Below, piece by piece: positions 36,001 to 46,900 of a stretch of 64,000 nt of DNA. The notes beneath the pieces were generated by a model, which did no database searches, was not told the origin of the DNA, and worked only from the letters and a program-made list of their open reading frames with translations. This DNA comes from Eledone cirrhosa (Eukaryota). The DNA lies in the NCBI GenBank assembly GCA_964016885.1, contig CAXHJY010000001.1, positions 248,001-312,000 on the forward strand, given 5' to 3'. How positions within the stretch are numbered: the stretch's first letter is position 1; each line of letters starts with the position of its first letter. The position numbers were made by a program, and so were the translations under genes.

Positions 36001-39000
36001 CCATAACATAACCTCCACATTCATCACCCATGTCTCACTACCAGAACATATCCTCCACATTCATAAACCCATGTCTCACTATCATGACATATCCTCCACA
36101 TTCATCACCCATGTCACACTACCATGTAATATAACCTCTACATTCATCTCCCATGTCTCACTACCATGTAACATGACCTCCACATTCATCACCCATGTCT
36201 CACTACCATAACATAACCTCCACATTCATCACCCATGTCTCACTAACATAACATAACCTCCACATTCATCACCCATCTCTCACTACCATAACATAACCTC
36301 CACATTCATCACCCATGTCTCACTAACATAACATATCCTCCACATTCATCACCCATGTCTCACTACCATAACATAACCTCCACATTCATCACCCATGTCG
36401 CACTAACATAACATATCCTCCAGATTCATCACCCATGACTCACTACCATAACATAACCTCCGCATTCATCACCCATGTCTCACTACCATAACATATCCTC
36501 CACATTCATCACCCATGTCTCACTACCATGTAACATAACCTCCACATTCATTACCTATGTCTCACTACCATAACATAACCTCCACATTCATCACCCATGT
36601 CACACTACCATGTAACATAACCTCCACATTCATCACCCATGTCTCACTACCATAACATAACCTCCACATTCATCACCCATGTCACACTACCAGAACATAT
36701 CCTCCACATTCATAAAGCCATGTCTCACTACCATAACATATCCTCCACATTCATCACCCATGTCTCACTACCATGTAACATAACCTCCACATTCATCACC
36801 CATGTCTCACTGCCATGTAACATAACCTCTACATTCATCACCCCTGTCACACTACCATGTAACATATCCTCCACATTCATCACCCATGTCACACTACCAT
36901 GTCACATAACCTCCACATTCATCACCCATGTCACACTACCATGTAACATAACCTCTACATTCCTCTCCCATGTCTCACTACCATGTAACATAACCTCCAC
37001 ATTCATCACCCATATCACACTACCATAACATATCCTCCACATTCATGACCCATGTCTCACTACCATAACATAACCTCCACATTCATCACCCATGTCTCAC
37101 TACCATAACATATCCTCCACATTCATCACCCATGTCTCACTACCATAACATAACCTCTACAATAATCACCCATGTCTCACTACCATAACATAACCTCCAC
37201 ATTCATCACCCATGTCTCACTACCATAACATAACCTCCACATTCATCACCCATGTCTCACGATAACATATACTCCCAATTCATCACCCATGTCTCACTAC
37301 CATGACATAACCTCTACATTCATCACCCATGTCTCACTACCATGTAACATAACCTCCACATTCATCACCCATGTCTCACTACCATGTAACATATCCTCCA
37401 CATTCATCACCCATGTCTCACTACCATAACATATCCTCTACATTCATTACCCATGTCTCACTACCATAACATATCCTCCACATGCATCACCCATGTCACA
37501 CTACCATGTAACATAACCTCCACATTCATCACCCATGTCTCACTACCATAACATATCCTCCACATTCATCACCCATGTCTCACTACCATAACATAACCTC
37601 TACAATAATCACCCATGTCTCACTACCATAACATAACCTCCACATTCATCACCCATGTCACACTACCATAACATATCCTCCACATTCATCACCCATGTCT
37701 CACTACCATGTAACATATCCTCCACATTCATCACCCATGTCACACAACCATGCAACATATCCTCCACATTAATGACCCATGTCTGACTACTATAACATAA
37801 GCCCCACATTCATCACCCATGTCTCACTACCATAACATATCCTCCACATTCATCACCCATGTCACACTACCATGTATCAACCTCCATATTCATCTCCTAT
37901 GTCTCACTACCATCTAACATAACCTCCACATTCATCACCCTTGACTCACTACCATAACATATCCTCCACATTCATCAGTCATATTACACTACCATGTAAC
38001 ATATCCTCCACATTCATCACCCATGTCTCACTACCATGTAACATAACCTCCACATTCATCACCCATCTTACACTACCATGTAACATATCCTCCACATTCA
38101 TCACCCATGTCTCACTACCATGTAACATAACCTCCACATTCATCACCCATGTCTCACTACCTTAACATAACCTCCACATTCATCAGCCACGTCTCACTAC
38201 CATAACATATCCTCCACATTCATCACCCATGTCTCACTACCATAACATAACCTCCACATTCATCACCTATGTCTCACTACCAGAACATATCCTCCACATT
38301 CATAAACCCATGTCTCACTATCATAACATATCCTCCACATTCATCACCCATGTCACACTACCATGTAATATAACCTCTACATTCATCTCCCATGTCTCAC
38401 TACCATGTAACATGACCTCCACGTTCATCACCCATGTCTCACTACCATAACATAACCTCCACATTCATCACCCATGTCTCACTAACATAACATAACCTCC
38501 ACATTCATCACCCACGTCTCACTACCATAACATATCCTCCACATTCATCACCCATGTCTCACTACCATAACATAACCTCCACATTCATCACCTATGTCTC
38601 ACTACCAGAACATATCCTCCACATTCATAAACCCATGTCTCACTATCATAACATATCCTCCACATTCATCACCCATGTCACACTACCATGTAATATAACC
38701 TCTACATTCATCTCCCATGTCTCACTACCATGTAACATGACCTACACATTCATCACCCATGTCTCACTACCATAACATAACCTCCACATTCATCACCCAT
38801 GTCTCACTAACATAACATAACCTCGACATTCATCACCCATCTCTCACTACCATAACATAACCTCCACATTCATCACCCATGTCTCACTAACATAACATAT
38901 CCTCCACATTCATCACCCATGTCTCACTACCATAACATAACCTCCACATTCATCACCCATGTCGCACTAACATAACATATCCTCCAGATTCATCACCCAT

Positions 39001-41485
39001 GACTCACTACCATAACATAACCTCCGCATTCATCACCCATGTCTCACTACCATAACATATCCTCCACATTCATCACCCATGTCTCACTACCATGTAACAT
39101 AACCTCCACATTCATTACCTATGTCTCACTACCATAACATAACCTCCACATTCATCACCCATGTCACACTACCATGTAACATAACCTCCATATTCATCAC
39201 CCATGTCTCACTACCATAACATATGCTCCGCATTCATCACCCATGTCTCATTACCATAACAGATCCTCCACATTCATCACTCATGTCACACTACTATGGC
39301 ACATAACCTCCACATTCATCACCCATGTCTCACTACCATAGGATATCCTCCATATTCATCACCCATGTCTCACTACCATAACATATCCTCCACATTAATC
39401 ACCATATCTCACTACCATGTCTCACTACCTTAATATATCCTCCACATTCATCACCCATGTCTCACTACCATGTAACATAACCTCCACATTCATCACCCAT
39501 GTCTCACTACCATAACATAACCTCCACATTCATCACCCATGTCACACTACCAGAACATATCCTCCACATTCATAAACCCATGTCTCACTACCATAACATA
39601 TCCTCCACATTCATCACCCATGTCTCACTACCATGTAACATAACCTCCACATTCATCACCCATGTCTCACTGCCATGTAACATAACCTCTACATTCATCA
39701 CCCCTGTCACACTACCATGTAACATATCCTCCACATTCATCACCCATGTCACACTACCATGTCACATAACCTCCACATTCATCACCCATGTCACACTACC
39801 ATGTAACATAACCTCTACATTCCTCTCCCATGTCTCACTACCATGTAACATAACCTCCACATTCATCACCCATATCACACTACCATAACATATCCTCCAC
39901 ATTCATGACCCATGTCTCACTACCATAACATAACCTCCACATTCATCACCCATGTCTCACTACCATAACATATCCTCCACATTCATCACCCATGTCTCAC
40001 TACCATAACATAACCTCCACAATAATCACCCATGTCTCACTACCATAACATAACCTCCACATTCATCACCCATGTCTCACTACGATAACATATCCACCCA
40101 ATTCATCACCCATGTCTCACTACCATGACATAACCTCTACATTCATCACCCATGTCTCACTACCATGTAACATAACCTCCACATTCATCACCCATGTCTC
40201 ACTACCATGTAACATATCCTCCACATTCATCACCCATGTCTCACTACCATAACATATCCTCTACATTCATTACCCATGTCTCACTACCATAACATATCCT
40301 CCACATGCACCACCCATGTCACACTACCATGTAACATAACCTCCACATTCATCACCCATGTCTCACTACCATAACATATCCTCCACATTCATCACCCATG
40401 TCTCACTACCATAACATATCCTCTGCATTCATTACCCATGTCACACTACCATGTAACATAACCTCCACATTCATCAACCATGTCTCACTACCATAACATA
40501 ACCTCCACATTCATCACCCATGTCTCACTACCATGTAACATAACCTCTACATTCATCACCCCTGTCACACTACCATGTAACATATCCTCCACGTTCATCA
40601 CACATGTCACACTACCATGTCACATAACCTCCACATTCATCACACCTGTCACACTACCATGTAACATATCCTCCACATTCATCACCCATGTCTCACTACC
40701 ATGTAACATATCCTCCACATTCATCACCCATGTCACACAACCATGCAACATAACCTCCACATTAATGCCCCATGTCTCACTACTATAACATAAGCCCCAC
40801 ATTCATCACTCATGTCTCACTACCATAACATATCCTCCACATTCATCACCCATGTCACACTACCATGTATCAACCTCCATATTCATCACCCATGTCTCAC
40901 TACCATGTAACATAACCTCTACATTCATCACCCATGTCTCACTACCATAACATATCCTCCACATTCATCACCCATGTCACACTACCATGTAACATAACCT
41001 CCACATTCATCACCCATGTCTCACTACCATAACATATCCTCCACATTCATCACCTATGTCTCACTACCATAACATATCCTCCACATTCATCACCCATGTC
41101 ACACTACCATGTAACATAACCTCCACATTCATCACCCATGTCTCACTACCATAACATATCCTCCACATTCATCACTCATGTCACACTACCATAACATAAC
41201 CTCCACATTCATCACCCATGTCTCACTACCATAACATATCCTCCACATTCATCACCCATGTCTCACTACAATAACATATCCTCCACATTCATCACCCATG
41301 TGTTACTACCATAACATATCCTCCACATTCATCACCCATGTATCACTACCATAACATATCCTCCACATTCATCATCCATGTCACACTACCATGTAACATA
41401 TCCTCCACATTTTATCACCCATGTCACACTACCATGTAACTTATCCTCTACATTTTATCACTCATGTCACACTACCATGTAACAT
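1..41485. repeat. Satellite array A: about 1000 tandem monomers, mainly 42 bp (tc[a/t]cactaccatgtaacatatcctccacattcatcacccatg) and 40 bp (tctcactaccataacataacctccacattcatcacccatg), with 39/41/29-bp variants
   Basis: Periodicity read directly: 1-40 is a 40-mer and 41-82 a 42-mer. The pattern continues without interruption to ...actaccatgtaacat at 41485. Copy number estimated as length/41. The array runs off the left edge. Confidence 0.98.
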
Positions 41486-41620
41486 TGCACTTCATACACA
41501 CACATCATACAGCTTACCTTTCTTTTCTAGGGAAAAACCTTTTGCTGTCGACAGAGGTAGCAACTCCCTGAATCTTTTCTATCCTGTTTTTAATCTAGCT
41601 ATTATACTCACACCTAGGTA
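41486..41620 (-). mobile_element. Degenerate RTE-clade non-LTR retrotransposon (LINE) ORF fragment, C-terminal RT/thumb region
   Basis: Manual minus-strand translation from 41620: YLGVSIIARLKTG*KRFRELLPLSTAKGFSLEKKGKLYDVCV*SA, continuing in frame into MLHGSVT (41485 downwards). This fits the RTE-type pattern YLG...ARIxxGWxKFRELLPLL...KGxLYxxCVRSAMLxGSETW. Stops replace W (41579-41581) and R (41492-41494). Confidence 0.85.
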
Positions 41621-42231
41621 GCCTAAGTTAATATATATTATTATTATTTTGACAGGACTCTTCCGTTGTGTCAGACATCACAAACTCCCTATTGTTGGTC
41701 ACACAATAAAATGCTGGAATACATGAAAGCCAGATGTAGTCCATGGCCCATCTAAGAATTCAGTAGCTCCAATTTAATTCCTGACTTTGTTTGTGAGCAC
41801 CCATCCAACCCACGCTGTCAGGAAAAACATGTTAAATGAGGATGATCAATATAATGATTAGCCTTATTTTCCTGTTCTGTCACTTCATTACAGCTGTGTG
41901 TATTTTGAGCATTCCAACCTGTTTTTGTAGTGTTGTTTCTATAATGCTGTTTTGTAATTTCCAGGAATATCTTGAATGCAGTTTCATGTGGTATTAAGAG
42001 TTAAAGGGTCCCTATTTAAATCAATTCCTTTCAAAATAATTTGTTATAAGAACTTTTTTATTAAGTTATTTACAAATACTATTTTAATAATGAAATATAT
42101 GATTTTTAGTATTCCTTCAAGTTCTTCATTAATTAATTGGTATACAAGTATGTCATTATAAATATATGTATGTTGTTAAAAATATGACCACAAATGATTT
42201 TAATGTAATTTTCTTCTCAATTAAATTGCAG

Positions 42232-42388
42232 AGAATTCTATAAGATGGTGAGTGACTATAGTCTCATTAAAAATAGATTGAGTTCACAACCAAGAAGTAC
42301 TTTTTTTGTTCCAACTGATGAAGCTCTGAAGAATGTAAACCAAGAAAAACTTCAACAGTTAAAGAATGATGTAAAAAAACTAGACAAG
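42232..42388 (+). CDS. Internal coding exon (157 bp, phase 2 to phase 0) of a fasciclin/FAS1-domain protein
   Basis: Acceptor ttttcttctcaattaaattgcAG ends at 42231 and donor AAG|GTAATG starts at 42389. Open frame EFYKMVSDYSLIKNRLSSQPRSTFFVPTDEALKNVNQEKLQQLKNDVKKLDK contains a FAS1 H1 motif (consensus TxFAPTxxAF, here TFFVPTDEAL) and the following helices. It stops just before the expected ILxYH motif. Flanks are AT-rich and intron-like. Confidence 0.85.
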
Positions 42389-42568
42389 GTAATGTGCAGT
42401 GAAATAAAATCCTACATTGACAATACTGGAGAAACATATGGATCCCAAAATAACCTTTGCATTTTACTGAATTCTCTTTCCAATATTTATCAAAATTTAG
42501 CAATAAATATATTTTTTTATTCTTATTGCAAATCGTATTGAGAAATATAAACAGTACTGGGATAATGT

Positions 42569-43113
42569 TGTAGCACAATGGGTGTTGTGGTCACCAGTGT
42601 GGTAAAATGATGGTATTCTTGTTGGATTGTCTTGTCGACATAGATGTGAGGGAAGGTCCCTCGTCTATTTACCATCTTTGTATTTACAATATTCTTTTCG
42701 TCAGGTCGCCAATTCCAGCAGCATGGATCATCGATGTTATTGAGACACGAGTAACATAACAATGATTTCAACAGCAGAAATTAGAGATGAAATGTATGTT
42801 TATTTTTGTTGTAGCACAAATAATGTTTGTTAACTTATATGGTTGAAGTTACAGATAAAAAAAGGTTACAAAAGGGAATGTGCCATTGTGCCGGAAAGCC
42901 GGCGAGGCTAGAGGTGCAAAATCTCACCGTTACATTGTGCGTGTTGCTGGTTCGAAGTTCCTGGTACAAGAGAAAGATTCTTCAAATCTTTTCGGGTAAT
43001 TTCTCCCTCAGGGCGCGTAGGGATACATCCTCTTCTACTGGTGCTGATTGGCTGAACTGAGCCAAATCACCCACAGAGAATGTATGTGAGCCCGCGGAAT
43101 GTAGGTCACTACA
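42569..43113 (-). mobile_element. Probable solo LTR (Gypsy-like, 545 bp)
   Basis: Termini TGTAG (42569-42573) and CTACA (43109-43113) form a TG...CA inverted repeat. Identical 4-bp flanks ATGT lie at 42565-42568 and 43114-43117. The minus strand carries CCAAT (43051-43047), ATATAAG (42840-42834) and AATAAA (42804-42799) in LTR order. GC content is higher than in the flanking intron. Confidence 0.6.
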
Positions 43114-43117
43114 ATGT

Positions 43118-43206
43118 TGTCCTAATTTATAACACTGTTTAGACAAAACTGTCCTAATTTATAACTGTTTAGACAAAACTGTTCCTATTTACAGTACTGT
43201 TTAGAC
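43118..43206. repeat. Three tandem copies of a 27-32-bp unit (tgtcctaatttataac(ac)tgtttagacaaaac)
   Basis: Units at 43118-43149, 43150-43179 and a degenerate copy at 43180-43206. Confidence 0.9.
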
Positions 43207-43315
43207 TGTCCCATATTTTCAACAGAACTGTCCCATATTTTCAACAAAGTGTCCCATATTTTCAACAAAATGTCCCCCATATTTTCAACAAAATGTGTCC
43301 CATATTTTCAACAAA
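43207..43315. repeat. Five tandem copies of a 20-25-bp unit (tgtcccatattttcaacaaa)
   Basis: Units start at 43207, 43229, 43250, 43271 and 43296. Confidence 0.93.
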
Positions 43316-43904
43316 TATATTAGAGCTATACAAAATATTAGACGTGAAAGTGAGTCACCTTGGAAAATTTCGCAGTCGATGCTAATATTGTTTGAACTTA
43401 GTACTCCATTGGAATGGTATAATTGGAGATTTGTGTTCCACAATGATATATTAGGTTTCGAAAAGTTTGAAATTACGGGGGAAATTTTGAAGATGTCCAG
43501 TGATTTCAGACTCCATGAGTGCGGTATGCTGTCAAAAGCTTTTTTATAATTGATCCATGTGGAACTTAGATACCTGCACTTGTTATGACAGTTCTCAATG
43601 ATTGTAGGATTAATTAAGAGTTGACCTTTACATCCATTGGCACCCTTTTTGTTCAGTAGGGAAAATATTGCTCTCTTCCATAAATACATGTTTTCTCGGT
43701 GAAAATAGATGTTAAAACTTCATAAGTGGTGAATAAACAGGTTTGGGGTCAATAGTTTTTTGGTAGTAATACCACATGTTATCAGTCATGTAGTTTTTCA
43801 AGATCTTTCATAATTCCATTGAACAGCTTCACTAATATTTTGGTGCACACGAGAGCAATGAAAGTCAGAAATTTGTCACCCTATCTTTACCAGGAAATTT
43901 CCAC
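43316..43904 (-). pseudogene. Decayed reverse transcriptase fragment of a non-LTR retrotransposon, R2/R4 superfamily (R4/Dong-like), RT domains 0 to about 4
   Basis: Reading across frameshifts on the minus strand: KWKFPGKDRVTNF*L ... KILVKLFNGIMKDLEK ... ITCGIT ... PKNY*PQTCLFTTYEVLTSIFTEK ... FMEESNIFPTEQKGC ... GCKGQLLINPTIIENCHNKCRYLSSTWINYKKAFDSIPHSW ... IFQGDSLSRLIFCIALI. These correspond to the LINE RT motifs PGxD, NYRPI, DxxKAFDS and QGDSLSP. The catalytic YxDD is absent. Confidence 0.92.
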
Positions 43905-46900
43905 TTTGTCAGTGTCATCCTTTACTCTACTATTGAGATGTCTTTCTCAGTGTCATCCTTTACTCTACTATTGAGATGTTTTTTAATCAGTGCCATCCTT
44001 TACTTTACTATTGAGATGTCTTTGTCAGTGCCATCCTTTACTATACCATTGAGATGTCTTTGTCAGTGCCATCCTTTACTCTACTATTGAGATGTCTTTG
44101 TCAGTGTCATCCTTTACTCTACTATTGAGATGTCTTTGTCAGTGTCATCCTTTACTCTACTATTGAGATGTCTTTGTCAGTGTCATCCTTTACTCTATTG
44201 AGATGTCTTTGTCAGTGTCATCCTTTACTCTACTATTGAGATGTCTTTGTCAGTGTCATCCTTTACTCTACTATTGAGATGTTTTTGTCAGTGCCATCCT
44301 TTACTTTACTATTGAGATGTCTTTGTCAGTGTCATCCTTTACTCTACCATTGAGATGTCTTTGTCAGTGCCATCCTTTACTCTACTATTGAGATGTCTTT
44401 GTCAGTGTCATCCTTTACTTTACTATTGAGATGTCTTTGTCAGTGTCATCCTTTACTCTACTATTGAGATGTCTTTGTCAGTGTCATCCTTTATTCTACT
44501 ATTGAGATGTCTTTGTCAGTGTCATCCTTTACTCTACTATTGAGATGTCTTTGTCAATGCCATCCTTTACTCTACTATTGAGATATCTCTGTCAGTGCCA
44601 TCCTTTACTTTACCATTGAGATGTCTTTGTCAGTGCCATCCTTTACTCTACTATTGAGATGTCTTTGTCAGTGCCATCCTTTACTCTACTATTGAGATGT
44701 CTTTGTCAGTGTCATCCTTTACTCTACCATTGAGATGTCTTTGTCAGTGCCATCCTTTACTTTACTATTGAGATATCTTTGTCAGTGTCATCCTTTACTC
44801 TACTATTGAGATGTCTTTGTCAGTGTCATCCTTTACTCTACTATTGAGACGTCTTTGTCAGTGTCATCCTTTACTCTATTGAGATGTCTTTGTCAGTGTC
44901 ATCCTTTACTCTACCATTGAGATGTCTTTGTCAGTGCCATCCTTTACTCTACTATTGAGATGTCTTTGTCAGTGCCATCCTTTACTCTACTATTGAGATG
45001 TTTTTGTCAGTGTCATCCTTTACACTACTATTGAGATGTCTTTGTCAGTGTCATCCTTTACTCTATTGAGATGTCTTTGTCAGTGTCATCCTTTACTCTA
45101 CTATTGAGATGTCTTTGTCAGTGTCATCCTTTACTCTACTATTGAGATGTTTTTGTCAGTGCCATCCTTTACTTTACTATTGAGATGTCTTTGTCAGTGT
45201 CATCCTTTACTCTACCATTGAGATGTCTTTGTCAGTGCCATCCTTTACTCTACTATTGAGATGTCTTTGTCAGTGTCATCCTTTACTTTACTATTGAGAT
45301 GTCTTTGTCAGTGTCATCCTTTACTCTACTATTGAGATGTCTTTGTCAGTGTCATCCTTTATTCTACTATTGAGATGTCTTTGTCAGTGTCATCCTTTAC
45401 TCTACTATTGAGATGTCTTTGTCAATGCCATCCTTTACTCTACTATTGAGATATCTCTGTCAGTGCCATCCTTTACTTTACCATTGAGATGTCTTTGTCA
45501 GTGCCATCCTTTACTCTACTATTGAGATGTCTTTGTCAGTGCCATCCTTTACTCTACTATTGAGATGTCTTTGTCAGTGTCATCCTTTACTCTACTATTG
45601 AGATGTCTTTGTCAGTGTCATCCTTTACTCTACTATTGAGATGTCTTTGTCAGTGTCATCCTTTACTCTACCATTGAGATGTTTTTGTCAGTGCCATCCT
45701 TTACTTTACTATTGAGATGTCTTTGTCAGTGTCATCCTTTACTCTACCATTGAGATGTCTTTGTCAGTGCCATCCTTTACTTTACTATTGAGATATCTTT
45801 GTCAGTGTCATCCTTTACTCTACTATTGAGATGTCTTTGTCAGTGTCATCCTTTACTCTACTATTGAGACGTCTTTGTCAGTGTCATCCTTTACTCTATT
45901 GAGATGTCTTTGTCAGTGTCATCCTTTACTCTACTATTGAGATGTCTTTGTCAGTGTCATCCTTTACTCTACTATTGAGATGTTTTTGTCAGTGCCATCC
46001 TTTACTTTACTATTGAGATGTCTTTGTCAGTGTCATCCTTTACTCTACCATTGAGATGTCTTTGTCAGTGCCATCCTTTACTCTACTATTGAGATGTCTT
46101 TGTCAGTGTCATCCTTTACCTTACTATTGAGATGTCTTTGTCAGTGCCATCCTTTACTCTACTATTGAGATGTCTTTGTCAGTGCCATCCTTTACTCTAC
46201 TATTGAGATGTCTTTGTCAGTGTCATCCTTTACTCTACTATTGAGATGTCTTTGTCAGTGTCATCCTTTACTCTACTATTGAGATGTTTTTTAATCAGTG
46301 CCATCCTTTACTTTACTATTGAGATGTCTTTGTCAGTGCAATCCTTTACTCTACTATTGAGATGTCTTTGTCAGTGTCATCCTTTACTCTACCATTGAGA
46401 TGTCTTTGTCAGTGCCATCCTTTACTTTACTATTGAGATATCTTTGTCAGTGTCATCCTTTACTCTACTATTGAGATGTCTTTGTCAGTGTCATCCTTTA
46501 CTCTACTATTGAGACGTCTGTGTCAGTGTCATCCTTTACTCTATTGAGATGTCTTTGTCAGTGTCATCCTTTACTCTACTATTGAGATGTCTTTGTCAGT
46601 GTCATCCTTTACTCTACCATTGAGATGTCTTTGTCAGTGCCATCCTTTACTCTACTATTGAGATGTCTTTGTCAGTGTCATCCTTTACTTTACTATTGAG
46701 ATGTCTTTGTCAGTGTCATCCTTTATTCTACTATTGAGATGTCTTTGTCAGTGTCATCCTTTACTTTATTATTAAGATGTCTTTGTCAGTGCCATCCTTT
46801 ACTCTACTATTGAGATGTCTTTGTCACTGCCATCCTTTACTTTACCATTGAGAGGTCTTTGTCAGTGCCATCCTTTACTCTACTATTGAGATGTCTTTGT

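Noticed and set aside
38-41485. His/Ser/Pro/Thr-rich ORFs (MSHYHVTYPPHSSP, TFITHVTLPCNISS) as metal-binding or mucin-like genes
   Set aside because: They are translations of the satellite on the strand opposite its LINE frame. Interspersed 40- and 39-bp units break the frame every few monomers.
41640-42000. Extra exons after acceptor-like sites ttttgacAG (41655) and tttccAG (41963)
   Set aside because: Early stops or no good donor, and no FAS1-like translation in any frame.
42389-42541. C-terminal half of ORF 42245..42541 as coding
   Set aside because: It lies beyond the GTAATG donor, FAS1 similarity stops there, and the sequence is AT-rich intron-like read-through.
42690-42760. Acceptor-like cttttcgtcAG as the next FAS1 exon, or CTGACGA (minus strand) as a hammerhead core
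   Set aside because: The phase-0 reading stops after 12 codons with no YH motif. No stem II plus GAAA follows the putative core.
42898-42965. tRNA or tRNA-derived SINE head (AGGCTAGAGG ... GGTTCGAAG)
   Set aside because: The A and B boxes are imperfect, the T and acceptor stems do not pair, and the segment lies inside an element better explained as an LTR.
41976-43549. ORFs 41976..42161, 42267..42578, 42523..42771, 42827..43060 and 43295..43549
   Set aside because: No recognisable motifs. They are antisense shadows of the exon or RT, or chance frames in intron and LTR sequence.
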